Positions 18,267-28,086 of a DNA stretch of 64,000 nt are shown one piece after another. The first letter of the stretch is position 1. Every line of letters starts with the position of its first letter. The stretch is from Candidatus Saccharimonadales bacterium (GTDB lineage Bacteria; Patescibacteriota; Saccharimonadia; Saccharimonadales; JANWIN01): assembly GCA_025449905.1 (NCBI GenBank), contig JANWIN010000011.1, positions 724 through 64,723 of the forward strand, given 5' to 3'. The notes beneath the pieces were generated by a model. The model made no database searches and had not been told where the DNA came from. It worked only from the letters and a program-made list of their open reading frames with translations. A program made the translations under genes and the position numbers.

Positions 18267-19316
18267 TTAGAGCTTGATATAGGTGTGGGTTTTTTCTTTA
18301 TCTTTAAGGTCGTTCAAGTACGTATTGATGCTTTTGAAGTTGAACAATATATGAGCTGCACGAATTTTACTGCCCTGCTTTTCTATATTTTTAAGTAGCT
18401 CCAGCCCTACACCATTGTTAACTAATTCGGATACTTGGCCTTTTTTAAGCGCGAACAAAGCGGCCGTTGTCTGTGCTGATAAATCACGGTTAGTAGTGTC
18501 CACTAAAAAGCTGAATTCACCACCGTTATTCTTGGTTGCTGAATCGTCGGAATATTTTTTAGCAACCTTGGCAAAACTTTTATCCTTAGCTAGGGCTGCC
18601 AGCGCCTTTTTGGCTTGGGATTGAGTGCGTGTATCGAGTGCCGCGGCTACCTTTTGATTTAGCAGCTGCTGCTTTAGTGAACGGCGATAATCTTTAAGCG
18701 TCCAGCCGAAATTCTCTTGCAAGGCATCTTCTAAACCTTTTTCGCTGGCGCCAAGCCGGTTTTGCTTGCGGGCAACTTCTATTTGATCGTCTAGCTCTTG
18801 TTTACTGACCGAAATATTGTGCTCTTCGGCCAATTGTTTGATATAGGCATCGTTGATAACTTTATCAAGGGCTCGTTTTTTATACTCTTTCAGCTGTTGT
18901 TTGCCGGATTCACTGTTAAAGTCCAGTTTTTGCTGATTTTCGTAATAATGTATGTAGTGTCTGAGCTCAAAAAGATAGCTTTCGTAAGAGACATATTTTG
19001 AGCCAGCTTTGGCCACCGGAAATGGGATAACTCTAGTCACCACGTAAAGCAAGCCGGTGTTAGATTTGGCTTTATAGAGAGCAAAGGTGCAATAACTAAA
19101 AAATATAACCAGCGCGGCAATGAAGATTCCGGTCGAAATTAAAACGATGCGATGCTTAGAATGCTGCAGCGGATAGATATATTTTCGGCCGCCAGCCAGA
19201 ACTTCTTCGCGATGCTCGCTTAGCTTTTCAGTAGTAACTGGTTCAGCCGGCTCGGCAACAGGATTTTTAGTCACTTCTTTTTTTCGATGGGCCAATTTAC
19301 TCAGTTTCTTCTTCAT
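18267..19316 (-). CDS. SurA/PrsA-like peptidyl-prolyl isomerase
   Basis: TM anchor, SurA N-domain, parvulin motif FAKVAKKYSDD..NGGE, GQVSELV, AAHILF. Start placed at MKKKL. Confidence 0.82.
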   Translation of the reverse strand: MKKKLSKLAHRKKEVTKNPVAEPAEPVTTEKLSEHREEVLAGGRKYIYPLQHSKHRIVLISTGIFIAALVIFFSYCTFALYKAKSNTGLLYVVTRVIPFPVAKAGSKYVSYESYLFELRHYIHYYENQQKLDFNSESGKQQLKEYKKRALDKVINDAYIKQLAEEHNISVSKQELDDQIEVARKQNRLGASEKGLEDALQENFGWTLKDYRRSLKQQLLNQKVAAALDTRTQSQAKKALAALAKDKSFAKVAKKYSDDSATKNNGGEFSFLVDTTNRDLSAQTTAALFALKKGQVSELVNNGVGLELLKNIEKQGSKIRAAHILFNFKSINTYLNDLKDKEKTHTYIKL

Positions 19317-19902
19317 TGTCCTCTTCTTCGTTTTCGCCAGCGTTTTTAGACCCACCCATTGGTCGGCTAACCGCTGACACTCCCTGTTCTCTTAAAATTG
19401 TTAATAGTTTCTTTTGTATCTTGGCCGGGTGATGGACATTATGGATTACCAAGTCGCCCACATAGGTTTGCATCATTATTGTACCAAACCCTAGCAGTGT
19501 TGCTTGTATGCCGCCAACTTCATAGTTAACCATTTGGATTTGGTTAAGGCTAAGGTCAACAACACTGCGGGTAAATAAGCCTTTTTGGGTAATCTGAATT
19601 AGCCGCTGGTCTGTGACAATAAACACACTAAAAAACCAGCTTATAAACGACGGCGAGAACACTAAGCAGCCTAGTAAAAAGCCAGCGCCAAGGCCGCCAA
19701 AAAAGTATGTCATTTCAGGCTTGATTAACGCTGGAACCGTGCCGAGCAAAATAGCCAGCATGAAAAAAATTAAGCCTTTTCGCATAACTACTGGGTGTTT
19801 TCGAAAAACAAACAACACCTCTTCGTCATCAAATTGATCGGCGAAATGTTTTTGCTTGTCGGATTTTTTATCTTTTTTGGTTTTTTCTTCTTTTTCGGCC
19901 AT
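19297..19902 (-). CDS. bacterial PH-domain membrane protein
   Basis: RKHP, two TMs, IVTDQRLIQITQKGLF, IQMVNY, LLGFGTI. Confidence 0.8.
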   Translation of the reverse strand: MAEKEEKTKKDKKSDKQKHFADQFDDEEVLFVFRKHPVVMRKGLIFFMLAILLGTVPALIKPEMTYFFGGLGAGFLLGCLVFSPSFISWFFSVFIVTDQRLIQITQKGLFTRSVVDLSLNQIQMVNYEVGGIQATLLGFGTIMMQTYVGDLVIHNVHHPAKIQKKLLTILREQGVSAVSRPMGGSKNAGENEEEDNEEETE

Positions 19903-19919
19903 AAGCGTATTGTACCAAA

Positions 19920-19994
19920 TGGTGCCCCCGGAGGGAGTCGAACCCCCAGCTTCTCCTTAGGACGGAGCTATTTTATCCATTGAACTACAGGGGC
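19920..19994 (-). tRNA. tRNA-Arg(CCT)
   Basis: Cloverleaf, loop gt-CCT-aa, GGTTCGACTCC, CCA. Confidence 0.92.
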
Positions 19995-20013
19995 ATTTAA
20001 CTTCGACATTGTA

Positions 20014-20523
20014 TCACTTGCGAGCTTTAGCTTGAGTGTAATATTCATGGACGGCTTCATAGTCAAAAATTTCTTGTTCATTAAACCAGTGTTTGATTTC
20101 AGCTTGAGCTTCTTTTGCGTCTCCTGAAGCATGAATAACATTAGGAACACCTATACCCTCTTTGTTAGCATGCTCAAAACCCATGTGGGCGTAGTCTCCT
20201 CTGACCGTTCCCGGTGCGGCTTTTTCCGGTTCTGTGTCACCTACCATTTTGCGCACCAATGAAACAGCTTTGACACCTTCTAGAACCGCCAAAATAACCG
20301 GACCCTCCTGCATCATAGCCAAGGTTGAATCAAAAGCTGGCTGGCCCCGGCGGGAAATCATTTTGCTAATACCCTCATAATGTTCGTGAAACTGTTTGGA
20401 ATCTGGTTTTAGCATTTTAAAGGCCACAATTTTTAGACCAGCCCGTTCAAAACGAGTCAAAATTTCACCTACAACTGCTCTTTTGACTGCATCAGGTTTT
20501 AGAATAATTAAAGTCTGTTCCAC
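20014..20523 (-). CDS. ndk: nucleoside-diphosphate kinase
   Basis: EQTLIILKPDAV, PGTVRGDY, NVIHASG. Confidence 0.95.
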   Translation of the reverse strand: MEQTLIILKPDAVKRAVVGEILTRFERAGLKIVAFKMLKPDSKQFHEHYEGISKMISRRGQPAFDSTLAMMQEGPVILAVLEGVKAVSLVRKMVGDTEPEKAAPGTVRGDYAHMGFEHANKEGIGVPNVIHASGDAKEAQAEIKHWFNEQEIFDYEAVHEYYTQAKARK

Positions 20524-20626
20524 AATTTTTCCTTTAACTTAGATTTGCTTATTGATAATTATAACAGATGTAAAATAATAACTAGCGTCGCACAATAATA
20601 ATTATGCTTTACAATTAGAATATGTA

Positions 20627-20796
20627 CAGAATTAATGCATTTGGATGCAAAACAGTATTTCTTTACGAGGAACTCCAGCGAAGCGTACATACGACGTACG
20701 TTGAAGCGAGTACCGCAGTAAAAAATGCTGTTTTGCGCCAAAATCCCGTGGCGCAGCCAGCTCCGCTGGATGGCAGGCGGGAGGTGCATAATTCTG
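20627..20796 (+). repeat. palindromic dispersed element (RPE-like), copy D
   Basis: Terminal IR cagaattaatgca/tgcataattctg; core gcgaagCGTACatacgacGTACGttgaagcgagtaccg. Confidence 0.7.
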
Positions 20797-21714
20797 ATGC
20801 TGTTTCAGAAGGCTAAAACTGATTTTTTAGAATATCTAGAAATTGAGCAAAACCGCTCGCAAAAAACAATTTCTAACTACGACCACTATCTGACTCGCCT
20901 GCAGGACTACGCCGGTGATATAAAAGTTAGTGATATCGACGGCGACTTAATTCGCAAGTGGCGGATCTGGCTTAATCGTTTGGGAACAAATACTAGCGAA
21001 GAGTTAGAGAAAACCACTCAAAATTACCACTTGATTGCCCTTAGATCCTTTCTAAAGTTTTGTGCTAAAAACAACATTCCAGCCTTGTCAGCCGACAAAA
21101 TTGATTTAGCCAGAACGCGCCGCAAACAAGTAACATTTTTGAGCCCAGAGGAAGTGGAAAGACTGATAGCCCAACCCAAAACCGATACTCTGCCTGGACT
21201 GCGTGACCGCGCTATTTTAGAGCTGCTATTTTCCAGCGGACTGCGGGTTTCTGAGCTAGTCAATTTAAACAAAGATCATATAAATTTAAAACGGCGCGAA
21301 TTCACCGTCCGGGGTAAAGGTCAAAAAGACCGTCCGGTCTTTATCAGCCCGGCGGCGGCGCACTGGCTAGAGCTTTATTTGGACAAGCGAACAGATACGG
21401 TTAGTCCGCTTTTTGTGCGTTACAGCGGCAGCAAGCAAGTTGACCGCAGCGGTAATTTTCACCGTTTAACAGCCCGTAGTATTCAGCGAATGGTTGGCCG
21501 TCAGGCTAGACTGGCTGGTATTACTAAGCATGTTTCGCCGCATACACTGCGGCACTCTTTTGCCACCGATTTACTGATGAACGGCGCCGATTTGCGCAGC
21601 GTTCAAGCCCTTCTAGGACACAGTAATATTGCTACTACTCAGATTTATACGCATATTACCGACCCGCACCTGCGGGCCGTCCACGAGAAGTTTCATAACT
21701 CTGGCAAAGATTAA
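20797..21714 (+). CDS. XerC/XerD-family tyrosine recombinase
   Basis: RDRAILELLFSSGLRVSEL, GKGQKDR, PHTLRHSFAT, LLGHSNIATTQIYTH. Start placed at MLFQKAK. Confidence 0.93.
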   Translation: MLFQKAKTDFLEYLEIEQNRSQKTISNYDHYLTRLQDYAGDIKVSDIDGDLIRKWRIWLNRLGTNTSEELEKTTQNYHLIALRSFLKFCAKNNIPALSADKIDLARTRRKQVTFLSPEEVERLIAQPKTDTLPGLRDRAILELLFSSGLRVSELVNLNKDHINLKRREFTVRGKGQKDRPVFISPAAAHWLELYLDKRTDTVSPLFVRYSGSKQVDRSGNFHRLTARSIQRMVGRQARLAGITKHVSPHTLRHSFATDLLMNGADLRSVQALLGHSNIATTQIYTHITDPHLRAVHEKFHNSGKD

Positions 21715-22745
21715 TTAATTTGACAGCTTGCTACCGAGCTATAGGTAGGATCAACGTTAGCAAAGCCTGATCCAACCTGCAACTTTTTACAAATAGTGTC
21801 TCTAGATTGAATCGCAAAAACAGGCGTGTTATCACCCAGGCTTTTACCTATAGAAACCCGGGCGACAACTCTCCTAAGTACATCACCGGCTTTGCCGGTA
21901 GAGTCAATAACAGCTTGAGCACCGGTCAAGCTCACACTATGACCACCGTTATCAGTCGGTGTAACTATTAAATCAATATCTTTATAAATTGCACGGATGC
22001 GCAAGTAATAATTGCTAGCCGTCAGTCCTGAAATGTTAAAGTTGCAGCGCAGCGGCGTATTTCCAGAACTACAGCCCGCCCCTTTTATTACGCCTTTGGC
22101 AGCTGGTGGAAATGTCAAACTCTCCGCTCCAGATACATTCCTGGGCTTTAGAAAGGCTGTTAGGGTGTTAGTGGTCAAATAATCTCTTGTAAAAGAACCA
22201 GCTTGGACCAAATCGACTCGCAACACACCAGCGTCACAGTTTACCCATGCACCGTTTGCTGGAAATTGGCCGATAATCGCCGGACAGCCCGTAAAGCTGG
22301 GGCTGGGTGGAATAGTCGAGTTCTGCCAGCTCAAGGCAATGTTATCTATATTTCCGCTCTCGGCCTTTATTGGTATCAGGGTTTGTTCGTTTTGCTTTAT
22401 AGTATATTGCAAATTATCGGGTGATCTATCTATTAACAAGCAGGTATAAGAAACGCCTGTCGCCTCGTTTATTTTATAATTAATCCCGTCTACAGCATTA
22501 GTGCAGTTGGTTTTATTACCGGTGATTTTGTTAGCTTGCATAGCTTTTATGGCGTCATTAATGCCCGTTTCGGCAGCGTAAAAAGCTTGGGTGCTAAGCT
22601 GATCATCCAACGACTGGCGCTGTTCGCGGCGCACCAGCCGGGCGAAACCTACAACTATAAGACTAATAATAATCATCAAAATCATGGTCACCATAATAGA
22701 AACCACTCCGGCTTGATTTTGGTGTTTATGGTTTTGTCTGCTCAT
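21711..22745 (-). CDS. PilX-like minor pilin
   Basis: QAGVVSIMV TM segment, QAFYAAETGINDA. Confidence 0.82.
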   Translation of the reverse strand: MSRQNHKHQNQAGVVSIMVTMILMIIISLIVVGFARLVRREQRQSLDDQLSTQAFYAAETGINDAIKAMQANKITGNKTNCTNAVDGINYKINEATGVSYTCLLIDRSPDNLQYTIKQNEQTLIPIKAESGNIDNIALSWQNSTIPPSPSFTGCPAIIGQFPANGAWVNCDAGVLRVDLVQAGSFTRDYLTTNTLTAFLKPRNVSGAESLTFPPAAKGVIKGAGCSSGNTPLRCNFNISGLTASNYYLRIRAIYKDIDLIVTPTDNGGHSVSLTGAQAVIDSTGKAGDVLRRVVARVSIGKSLGDNTPVFAIQSRDTICKKLQVGSGFANVDPTYSSVASCQIN

Positions 22746-22770
22746 TATGCTTATCTTTTATAATATACCT

Positions 22771-23532
22771 TTAGAGACGCTTTTCAACTACGGTTGACAG
22801 TTCAGATACCGCGCAAAATTGCCCGCCCTGCCTTGTGCTGCTACAACTATCACGCACGCCATCAGTCCCTGGATTACCGTTAGCATCGAGCTTGTCATCC
22901 AAGAGATCACTATCGCCATATACAACTCTAATCGTTACTTGATAAAGATTGCTATCGGCGATTTTTTTTACTACTAATTTTGCCAGTCGCATATGGGTTT
23001 CAAGCAATTCCCGTCCTGCGGGGTGGCCTGACTCGCCCGGATTAGCCGTATCAAAACCACTTATTTTAGGTGAACTACCGTTGCAACCAGCGTAAGAGTC
23101 AACTACTAGAGCATGATAGCCTTGATTAAGTGGCGTGTTAATGCTATTTTCCACCTGTTGGTTCAACTTATAACTGTATCTTTGGTCACCAATGCAAAAT
23201 GGCTTAGAGTCATTAGTGGTTTCGGTAATTCCAGAGCCGCTAAATTGAATGGCGCGCGATATTTCATCCGTCACGTTGCGGCTTGTTTGCTGAGTTTTAT
23301 TAGTAGTAATGCCTTTGTAATAAGTCCGACCAATCTGTAATAGCGCAAAAGTCGCCATTAGTAAGATTATTGAAAACACAGCTGTAGCAATAATTAATTC
23401 AATAATCGTAAACCCCGCCTTTTGGTTTCCAAGGGGCGGGGTAAAGCCCGCCATAACTTTTTGAGAGTTTGCCCGAGTTAACATACTGTTCTTTGAACCA
23501 CTCATTGGATTTTTTCTGTGTATCAGGTTCAT
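22771..23532 (-). CDS. prepilin-type (minor pilin)
   Basis: AGFTIIELIIATAVFS; start uncertain. Confidence 0.85.
   Translation of the reverse strand: MNLIHRKNPMSGSKNSMLTRANSQKVMAGFTPPLGNQKAGFTIIELIIATAVFSIILLMATFALLQIGRTYYKGITTNKTQQTSRNVTDEISRAIQFSGSGITETTNDSKPFCIGDQRYSYKLNQQVENSINTPLNQGYHALVVDSYAGCNGSSPKISGFDTANPGESGHPAGRELLETHMRLAKLVVKKIADSNLYQVTIRVVYGDSDLLDDKLDANGNPGTDGVRDSCSSTRQGGQFCAVSELSTVVEKRL
23408..23452. repeat. short GC-rich palindromic insert in prepilin leader
   Basis: ccccgcc-N-ggcgggg hairpin flanked by a direct repeat gcggg(c/g)tttac. Confidence 0.55.
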
Positions 23533-23644
23533 ATCAACGTAGTATCCTAGTTATGTTTAAGGTAATAGTTATTAACTTTATACTGGTGTTTGATAGTGCT
23601 GAATTAATGAACATAAGCTCGCATATATCTTAATTTGTTGCAAT

Positions 23645-24514
23645 CTAGGGGTAATAATAATTGCATTGAAGCAATATATTCCCATCAGGCCCTCTTAAAT
23701 ACCAGAAAACATAAATTTGATAGGTGGGCATAATACCAGAGCCTAGAGTTTTATAAATAGAACTTCCATTGTCTGAATAATTTATGTCGAAGCCGTAGGG
23801 AAAATAATTAGTGGATATCGCTTCCATTTTATAATCTGGGCGAGTTGGTGCAGGACCGCTAGGATTATAGTTTATTCGTACAGTTTCCGTATAGCTTTGG
23901 CCTGGAGAAGGATGAGAAGGATTAATTACATTATTATAGTCGCAGGAAAGTCCATATGGTGTTGCTGAAGGTGGTGTAGATGGCGGCGTTGAAGGAGGAG
24001 TGGAAGGTGCAGAAGGAATAGTAAGCAGGCCTTTTGATAATCTGTAAATCAATTGAGTCTCCAGATGCCCGCCACCACCACCGCGCTCCCACCTAACGTA
24101 AACAGTAAACTGGGTATGGTCATCGTTGTCGCGTACGACTGCGACTTTATACAGCTTACTTAGGCCCTTGTCCTTGCAGTCTGGAGTATACTTGCTGAAA
24201 TCATCGGCGGCAGAGTTTAAAACCGGCATTGGCAAAGTAGATGGTGTAAAGGCGTCCTTAACATCGTTAGAGTCATCAACGCAAAAAACCGTGGCCTTAT
24301 TAAAAATAGCATCTGGATCGCTGGCAGCTAGGCTTTTGAGATTTTCGAGCTGGCTTTCAGCTTGTTTTAGAGCCTCGCCGCGTTCTTGTGATTGGCGGCT
24401 AAAGCTAAGGCTGCGGTTGGCTGATAAATAAGCCCCACCCAAAATAGTGCTAATGACCAGTATGGCTATCAACACTTCAACAATGGTGTCGCCTTTTATA
24501 TTTAACCGCTTCAT
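23645..24514 (-). CDS. prepilin-type (minor pilin) with Pro/Ser/Thr linker and extra C-terminal domain
   Basis: KGDTIVEVLIAI; PSTP repeats. Confidence 0.82.
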   Translation of the reverse strand: MKRLNIKGDTIVEVLIAILVISTILGGAYLSANRSLSFSRQSQERGEALKQAESQLENLKSLAASDPDAIFNKATVFCVDDSNDVKDAFTPSTLPMPVLNSAADDFSKYTPDCKDKGLSKLYKVAVVRDNDDHTQFTVYVRWERGGGGGHLETQLIYRLSKGLLTIPSAPSTPPSTPPSTPPSATPYGLSCDYNNVINPSHPSPGQSYTETVRINYNPSGPAPTRPDYKMEAISTNYFPYGFDINYSDNGSSIYKTLGSGIMPTYQIYVFWYLRGPDGNILLQCNYYYP

Positions 24515-25374
24515 GGTAAATCCTTACATTTCCCTGATCCAATTGATGAACTGGTGCTTAGTTGTCGGCCATTATTGCCAATTGTAATGGTGCCGTGTTG
24601 GTTAGTGCCGCCGCTATCAAAACAAATGGTGACGCCGCCGCTGGGATTTATTGGGCTGCTGTTATTGATGAGATTAATTTTATCCACCGCCTGCTTTGAG
24701 GTGTTATTTAAAAGTGTGCCGCTAACAGGTATTAAGGTGGCCGTCGGTGTGCCAGTAGCTAAGTTACTGCTACTGTCATAGCTGCCAAACGTCGAGAAAA
24801 AGCCGACTGAACCGATTGATTGATCTCCACTGCTGTTATATTTCATATATTTAATGTTAGTGGTCGGGTCGTTGCTGATATTTAGACCATATAGCAGAGT
24901 TTTTTGGTCGGTATTATCAGCTGTAGCGGCATCAGCAGAAGACGGGGCTACAGCCGTTGGCATAGCTTCGTTTAGGTTTTGTACTTCCTTGCCACCTACA
25001 GTTTTTCGCCGCCCTACAACTGTATATATATTAAAACCTTCTCCGTTTGTTCCAAGCCCAAATTGCATAACCTTACCAATAAAAATACATTCTTCGCTAC
25101 TGCCTTGTTCCTTACTGCCAGTGACAGGTTTTGGTTTGCCACCGGCACCAATTTGGCAATCTATATTATTCGAGCTGGGGTAAAACCCAGTTGATACGTC
25201 GTTAATGACGTCACTTATTTGCGATTCAATGTCGCGGATGGCTTGGCTAAATTGGGTCTTCTGCTGCTGTCCTGAAATTAATAAAACAGCGCTGACAAAT
25301 AAGGCGCTAGTTACTACTAGCACGATTAAGACTTCAACAATTGAAAAGGCCTTCTGGTTCAGCCTCTGTTTCAT
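24511..25374 (-). CDS. prepilin-type (minor pilin)
   Basis: KAFSIVEVLIVLVV. Confidence 0.85.
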   Translation of the reverse strand: MKQRLNQKAFSIVEVLIVLVVTSALFVSAVLLISGQQQKTQFSQAIRDIESQISDVINDVSTGFYPSSNNIDCQIGAGGKPKPVTGSKEQGSSEECIFIGKVMQFGLGTNGEGFNIYTVVGRRKTVGGKEVQNLNEAMPTAVAPSSADAATADNTDQKTLLYGLNISNDPTTNIKYMKYNSSGDQSIGSVGFFSTFGSYDSSSNLATGTPTATLIPVSGTLLNNTSKQAVDKINLINNSSPINPSGGVTICFDSGGTNQHGTITIGNNGRQLSTSSSIGSGKCKDLP

Positions 25375-25418
25375 AGGCCTAAGTATAGCATAAGCAATTA
25401 GCGATTATCAGGGATAAA

Positions 25419-26237
25419 TCACAGTAATAATAGGCTTCTGTACCAGTCAATTATGGAAGCTCCAAATAGCGTAACTATAAAAGCAGCGGCTATTAAAAAT
25501 GGTCCAAATGGCAAGTGAGTATCGCGCTTTGCCCGACCGCTTAAAAGTAGCGGCAGCGCAATTAGACTACCAATTAAAGAAGCTAGGAATATTAATAATA
25601 AGCTGGAGGCCGGACCGCCAACGAGCATGCCAAGTAAAATACCTAGGCTAACATCACCGCCGCCAATCCATTTATGTTTTGACAGTTTATAAATCAGATA
25701 AAAAATCCCGCCGCCAATTAATAATCCCCAAAGGGTAGTAATAAAAATTTGACCAGGATTTGTTGAGATAACCATTAAAAATACTGTCTGGATTAAGGCT
25801 AGTGCAATTAATGGGTAAACAATGGAATTAGGCAGTAAAAACCATTTTAAGTCGTAAACAGCCAAGGCCAGTAGGCCGGTTGTTAGTAAAAGCCAAAAGC
25901 CAAATAAGATTTGCTGATTTGAATTAAAGTCAACTGGCCAAAAAACATAGGAAAAAATAAAAACGGTGGCCGTCAGAACTTCTACCAAGGGATATTGAAC
26001 AGATATGGGTTTATGACAATAGCGACATTTGCCTTTTAAGCTCAACCACGAAAAAACCGGCACAAGATCTCTCGCCGCTAACTGACGATGGCATTTAGGA
26101 CATATGGAACGACCATTCCAAATTGAAAGATTGTTGGTTTTTTTAGTCTTTGTGTCTTCTTCGTGGAGCCGCCAGACCAAAGCATTAATAAAACTGCCCA
26201 GGCATAAACCCAGAATCAGTAAAATAATATAAATCAT
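25419..26237 (-). CDS. pilD: prepilin peptidase
   Basis: GSFIN, RSICPKC, KCRYC, YDLK, GGGD, PFGPFL. Confidence 0.93.
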   Translation of the reverse strand: MIYIILLILGLCLGSFINALVWRLHEEDTKTKKTNNLSIWNGRSICPKCHRQLAARDLVPVFSWLSLKGKCRYCHKPISVQYPLVEVLTATVFIFSYVFWPVDFNSNQQILFGFWLLLTTGLLALAVYDLKWFLLPNSIVYPLIALALIQTVFLMVISTNPGQIFITTLWGLLIGGGIFYLIYKLSKHKWIGGGDVSLGILLGMLVGGPASSLLLIFLASLIGSLIALPLLLSGRAKRDTHLPFGPFLIAAAFIVTLFGASIIDWYRSLLLL

Positions 26238-26255
26238 TAAGCTTATCCTAACATG

Positions 26256-26285
26256 AAAGCAGGCCTTTTTAGGGGCCTGCTTTTT
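26256..26285. terminator. terminator after major pilin
   Basis: aaagcaggcc-N-ggcctgctttttt. Confidence 0.7.
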
Positions 26286-26306
26286 AAGCTATTAAAGTGA
26301 TGTTCT

Positions 26307-26786
26307 TTAGCTTTGAATACACTGCGGAGTTGTAGTGCTGCTGGAATTCTCAATATTGAATGCAGCTACAAACGCCCGTCCTGGGCCGCTTGCCGGTGAG
26401 TTACCGCTACAGACACTATTTGTGCGAATGGCAATATCTACTGGCGTTGGTGTAGTGGCGCCGTTGAAGCTACTAGAAAAGCCTACTGTGGTACCACCGC
26501 GAATATTTGCAGTCGTTGAGCTTGTACTGGCGCCGCCAGATACTGTAACCGTACCTGACGCAGCAGAAATTGCTGTTGGTGGCTGGCCATTATTATTACT
26601 AATGAACTCATTAACAGCCGCCAAGACATTGGCCGCATCATTGCGAATTTGAGTATTACGCGAATTACGTTGAAGAGCCGGTACTGCCAAGAAAATTATT
26701 AACATAATTAGCCCGGCAATGGCAAGAACAATCAAGACTTCAATTATAGTAAAGCCTTCTCTGTTGCCTTTTAATTTTTTAAACAT
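26307..26786 (-). CDS. type IV major pilin
   Basis: EGFTIIEVLIVLAIAGLIMLIIFLAVPALQRNSRN; purine-rich RBS; own terminator. Confidence 0.88.
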   Translation of the reverse strand: MFKKLKGNREGFTIIEVLIVLAIAGLIMLIIFLAVPALQRNSRNTQIRNDAANVLAAVNEFISNNNGQPPTAISAASGTVTVSGGASTSSTTANIRGGTTVGFSSSFNGATTPTPVDIAIRTNSVCSGNSPASGPGRAFVAAFNIENSSSTTTPQCIQS

Positions 26787-26862
26787 ATTGTGGTGCCCCT
26801 TTGATTATTTTTAGTGCTTATGCCTAAAATATACTAATTTATTGCCCTAATTGCAAATGTTT

Positions 26863-28080
26863 TTACCTAATGATGGACTTGCCGGCCAAGCCGTAAATTG
26901 GCAGCAGTACGGCCGCGACAATAATAAAGGCCATAATACCTAGTATTACCATTAGAACCGGCTCAATGATGGTTGAAATGGCCTTAATTTGGCCATCAAC
27001 CTCTCGCTCATAATAGCTGGCGGTTTTATCCATCATTTGCTCAATCGCACCAGATTGTTCGCCGATTTTAAGCATATTTGGGACTAGTTCCAAGAAGTTA
27101 GGATCGTTAGTCAGAGCTTCAGATAACGACTTACCGCCTCTTACCTTTTCGGTGGCTTTTTTTAGCGAGTCTTCAATGTGTACATTATTGACTGCGTCGC
27201 CGGTAATTTCTAGGGTTTGAATTAAGGGTACGCCGGTTGATATCAAAGTGGCGCCGGTTCGAGCAAAACGGGCCATATACATCTTCATAAACAGCTGGCC
27301 AATTGGCCACATGCGCATCTTGAGTTTGTCAATGAACCGCTTCCCGCCTAAAGTTCGCACCCAGCGGGATAAAAAGAAAACTCCGATAACAACAAGGGTT
27401 ATAAATAGCCACCAATAATTTCTTATAAAGTCTGAAATCGTTAATAAAATCCGCGTCAAAAAAGGTAGGTTGGCGCCCGGAATATCGCTGTACAGTCCCT
27501 TAACCTGTGGTAAAACCGAGACGACCATGAAACCGACCACCGCAAACATAACTGCTAAGACAATTATTGGATATATCATAGCGCCGCGGACTTTGCTTAA
27601 AATTTCGGCATCTTTTTCTTGTTGAACAGCTAAGCGCTCCAGGGCTTTATCAAGCGTTCCCGAGGCTTCACCAGCCGATATAAGGCTTATATAAACTCGA
27701 TTGAAGATTTTTGGATGCATCGATAAAGCCACCGACAGCGGTTTACCAGCTTCGACATCAGAAATAACTTTATTGATAATGGCTTTGAGGCTTTTTGAGG
27801 TCGTTTGATTAGCAACACTTCGAAGACTTTGAACCAGTGGCAGCCCGGCATTGATTAGGGTGGCAAGTTGCCGCGAAAATAAGATTTTGTCTTTGGCTCT
27901 AACTTTATTGAAAAATTTCTTAAAACCTTGAATATCTTCCTCGTCTAGTTTTATATCCAGCGGTGATAGTCCCTGCTTAATAAGTACTTTGGCAGCTGTT
28001 TGTTCGTTTTCTGCTTCAATTTCAGAGGATACCTTTTCGCCTGTAGTCGTGTTGCGGGCAGTATATTTATAGGTCAGCAT
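26863..28080 (-). CDS. pilC: type IV pilus platform protein (T2SS F family)
   Basis: FSRQLATLINAGLP, GEASGTL, AMIYP, EPVLMV. Confidence 0.93.
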   Translation of the reverse strand: MLTYKYTARNTTTGEKVSSEIEAENEQTAAKVLIKQGLSPLDIKLDEEDIQGFKKFFNKVRAKDKILFSRQLATLINAGLPLVQSLRSVANQTTSKSLKAIINKVISDVEAGKPLSVALSMHPKIFNRVYISLISAGEASGTLDKALERLAVQQEKDAEILSKVRGAMIYPIIVLAVMFAVVGFMVVSVLPQVKGLYSDIPGANLPFLTRILLTISDFIRNYWWLFITLVVIGVFFLSRWVRTLGGKRFIDKLKMRMWPIGQLFMKMYMARFARTGATLISTGVPLIQTLEITGDAVNNVHIEDSLKKATEKVRGGKSLSEALTNDPNFLELVPNMLKIGEQSGAIEQMMDKTASYYEREVDGQIKAISTIIEPVLMVILGIMAFIIVAAVLLPIYGLAGKSIIR

Positions 28081-28086
28081 GAAGTT

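Noticed and set aside
9369..20150. ORFs 9369-9575, 17476-17667 and 19968-20150
   Set aside because: They overlap tRNA genes.
20797..21714. Prophage or island integrase
   Set aside because: XerC/D-type sequence among core genes; no att repeats, phage genes or clear dif site.
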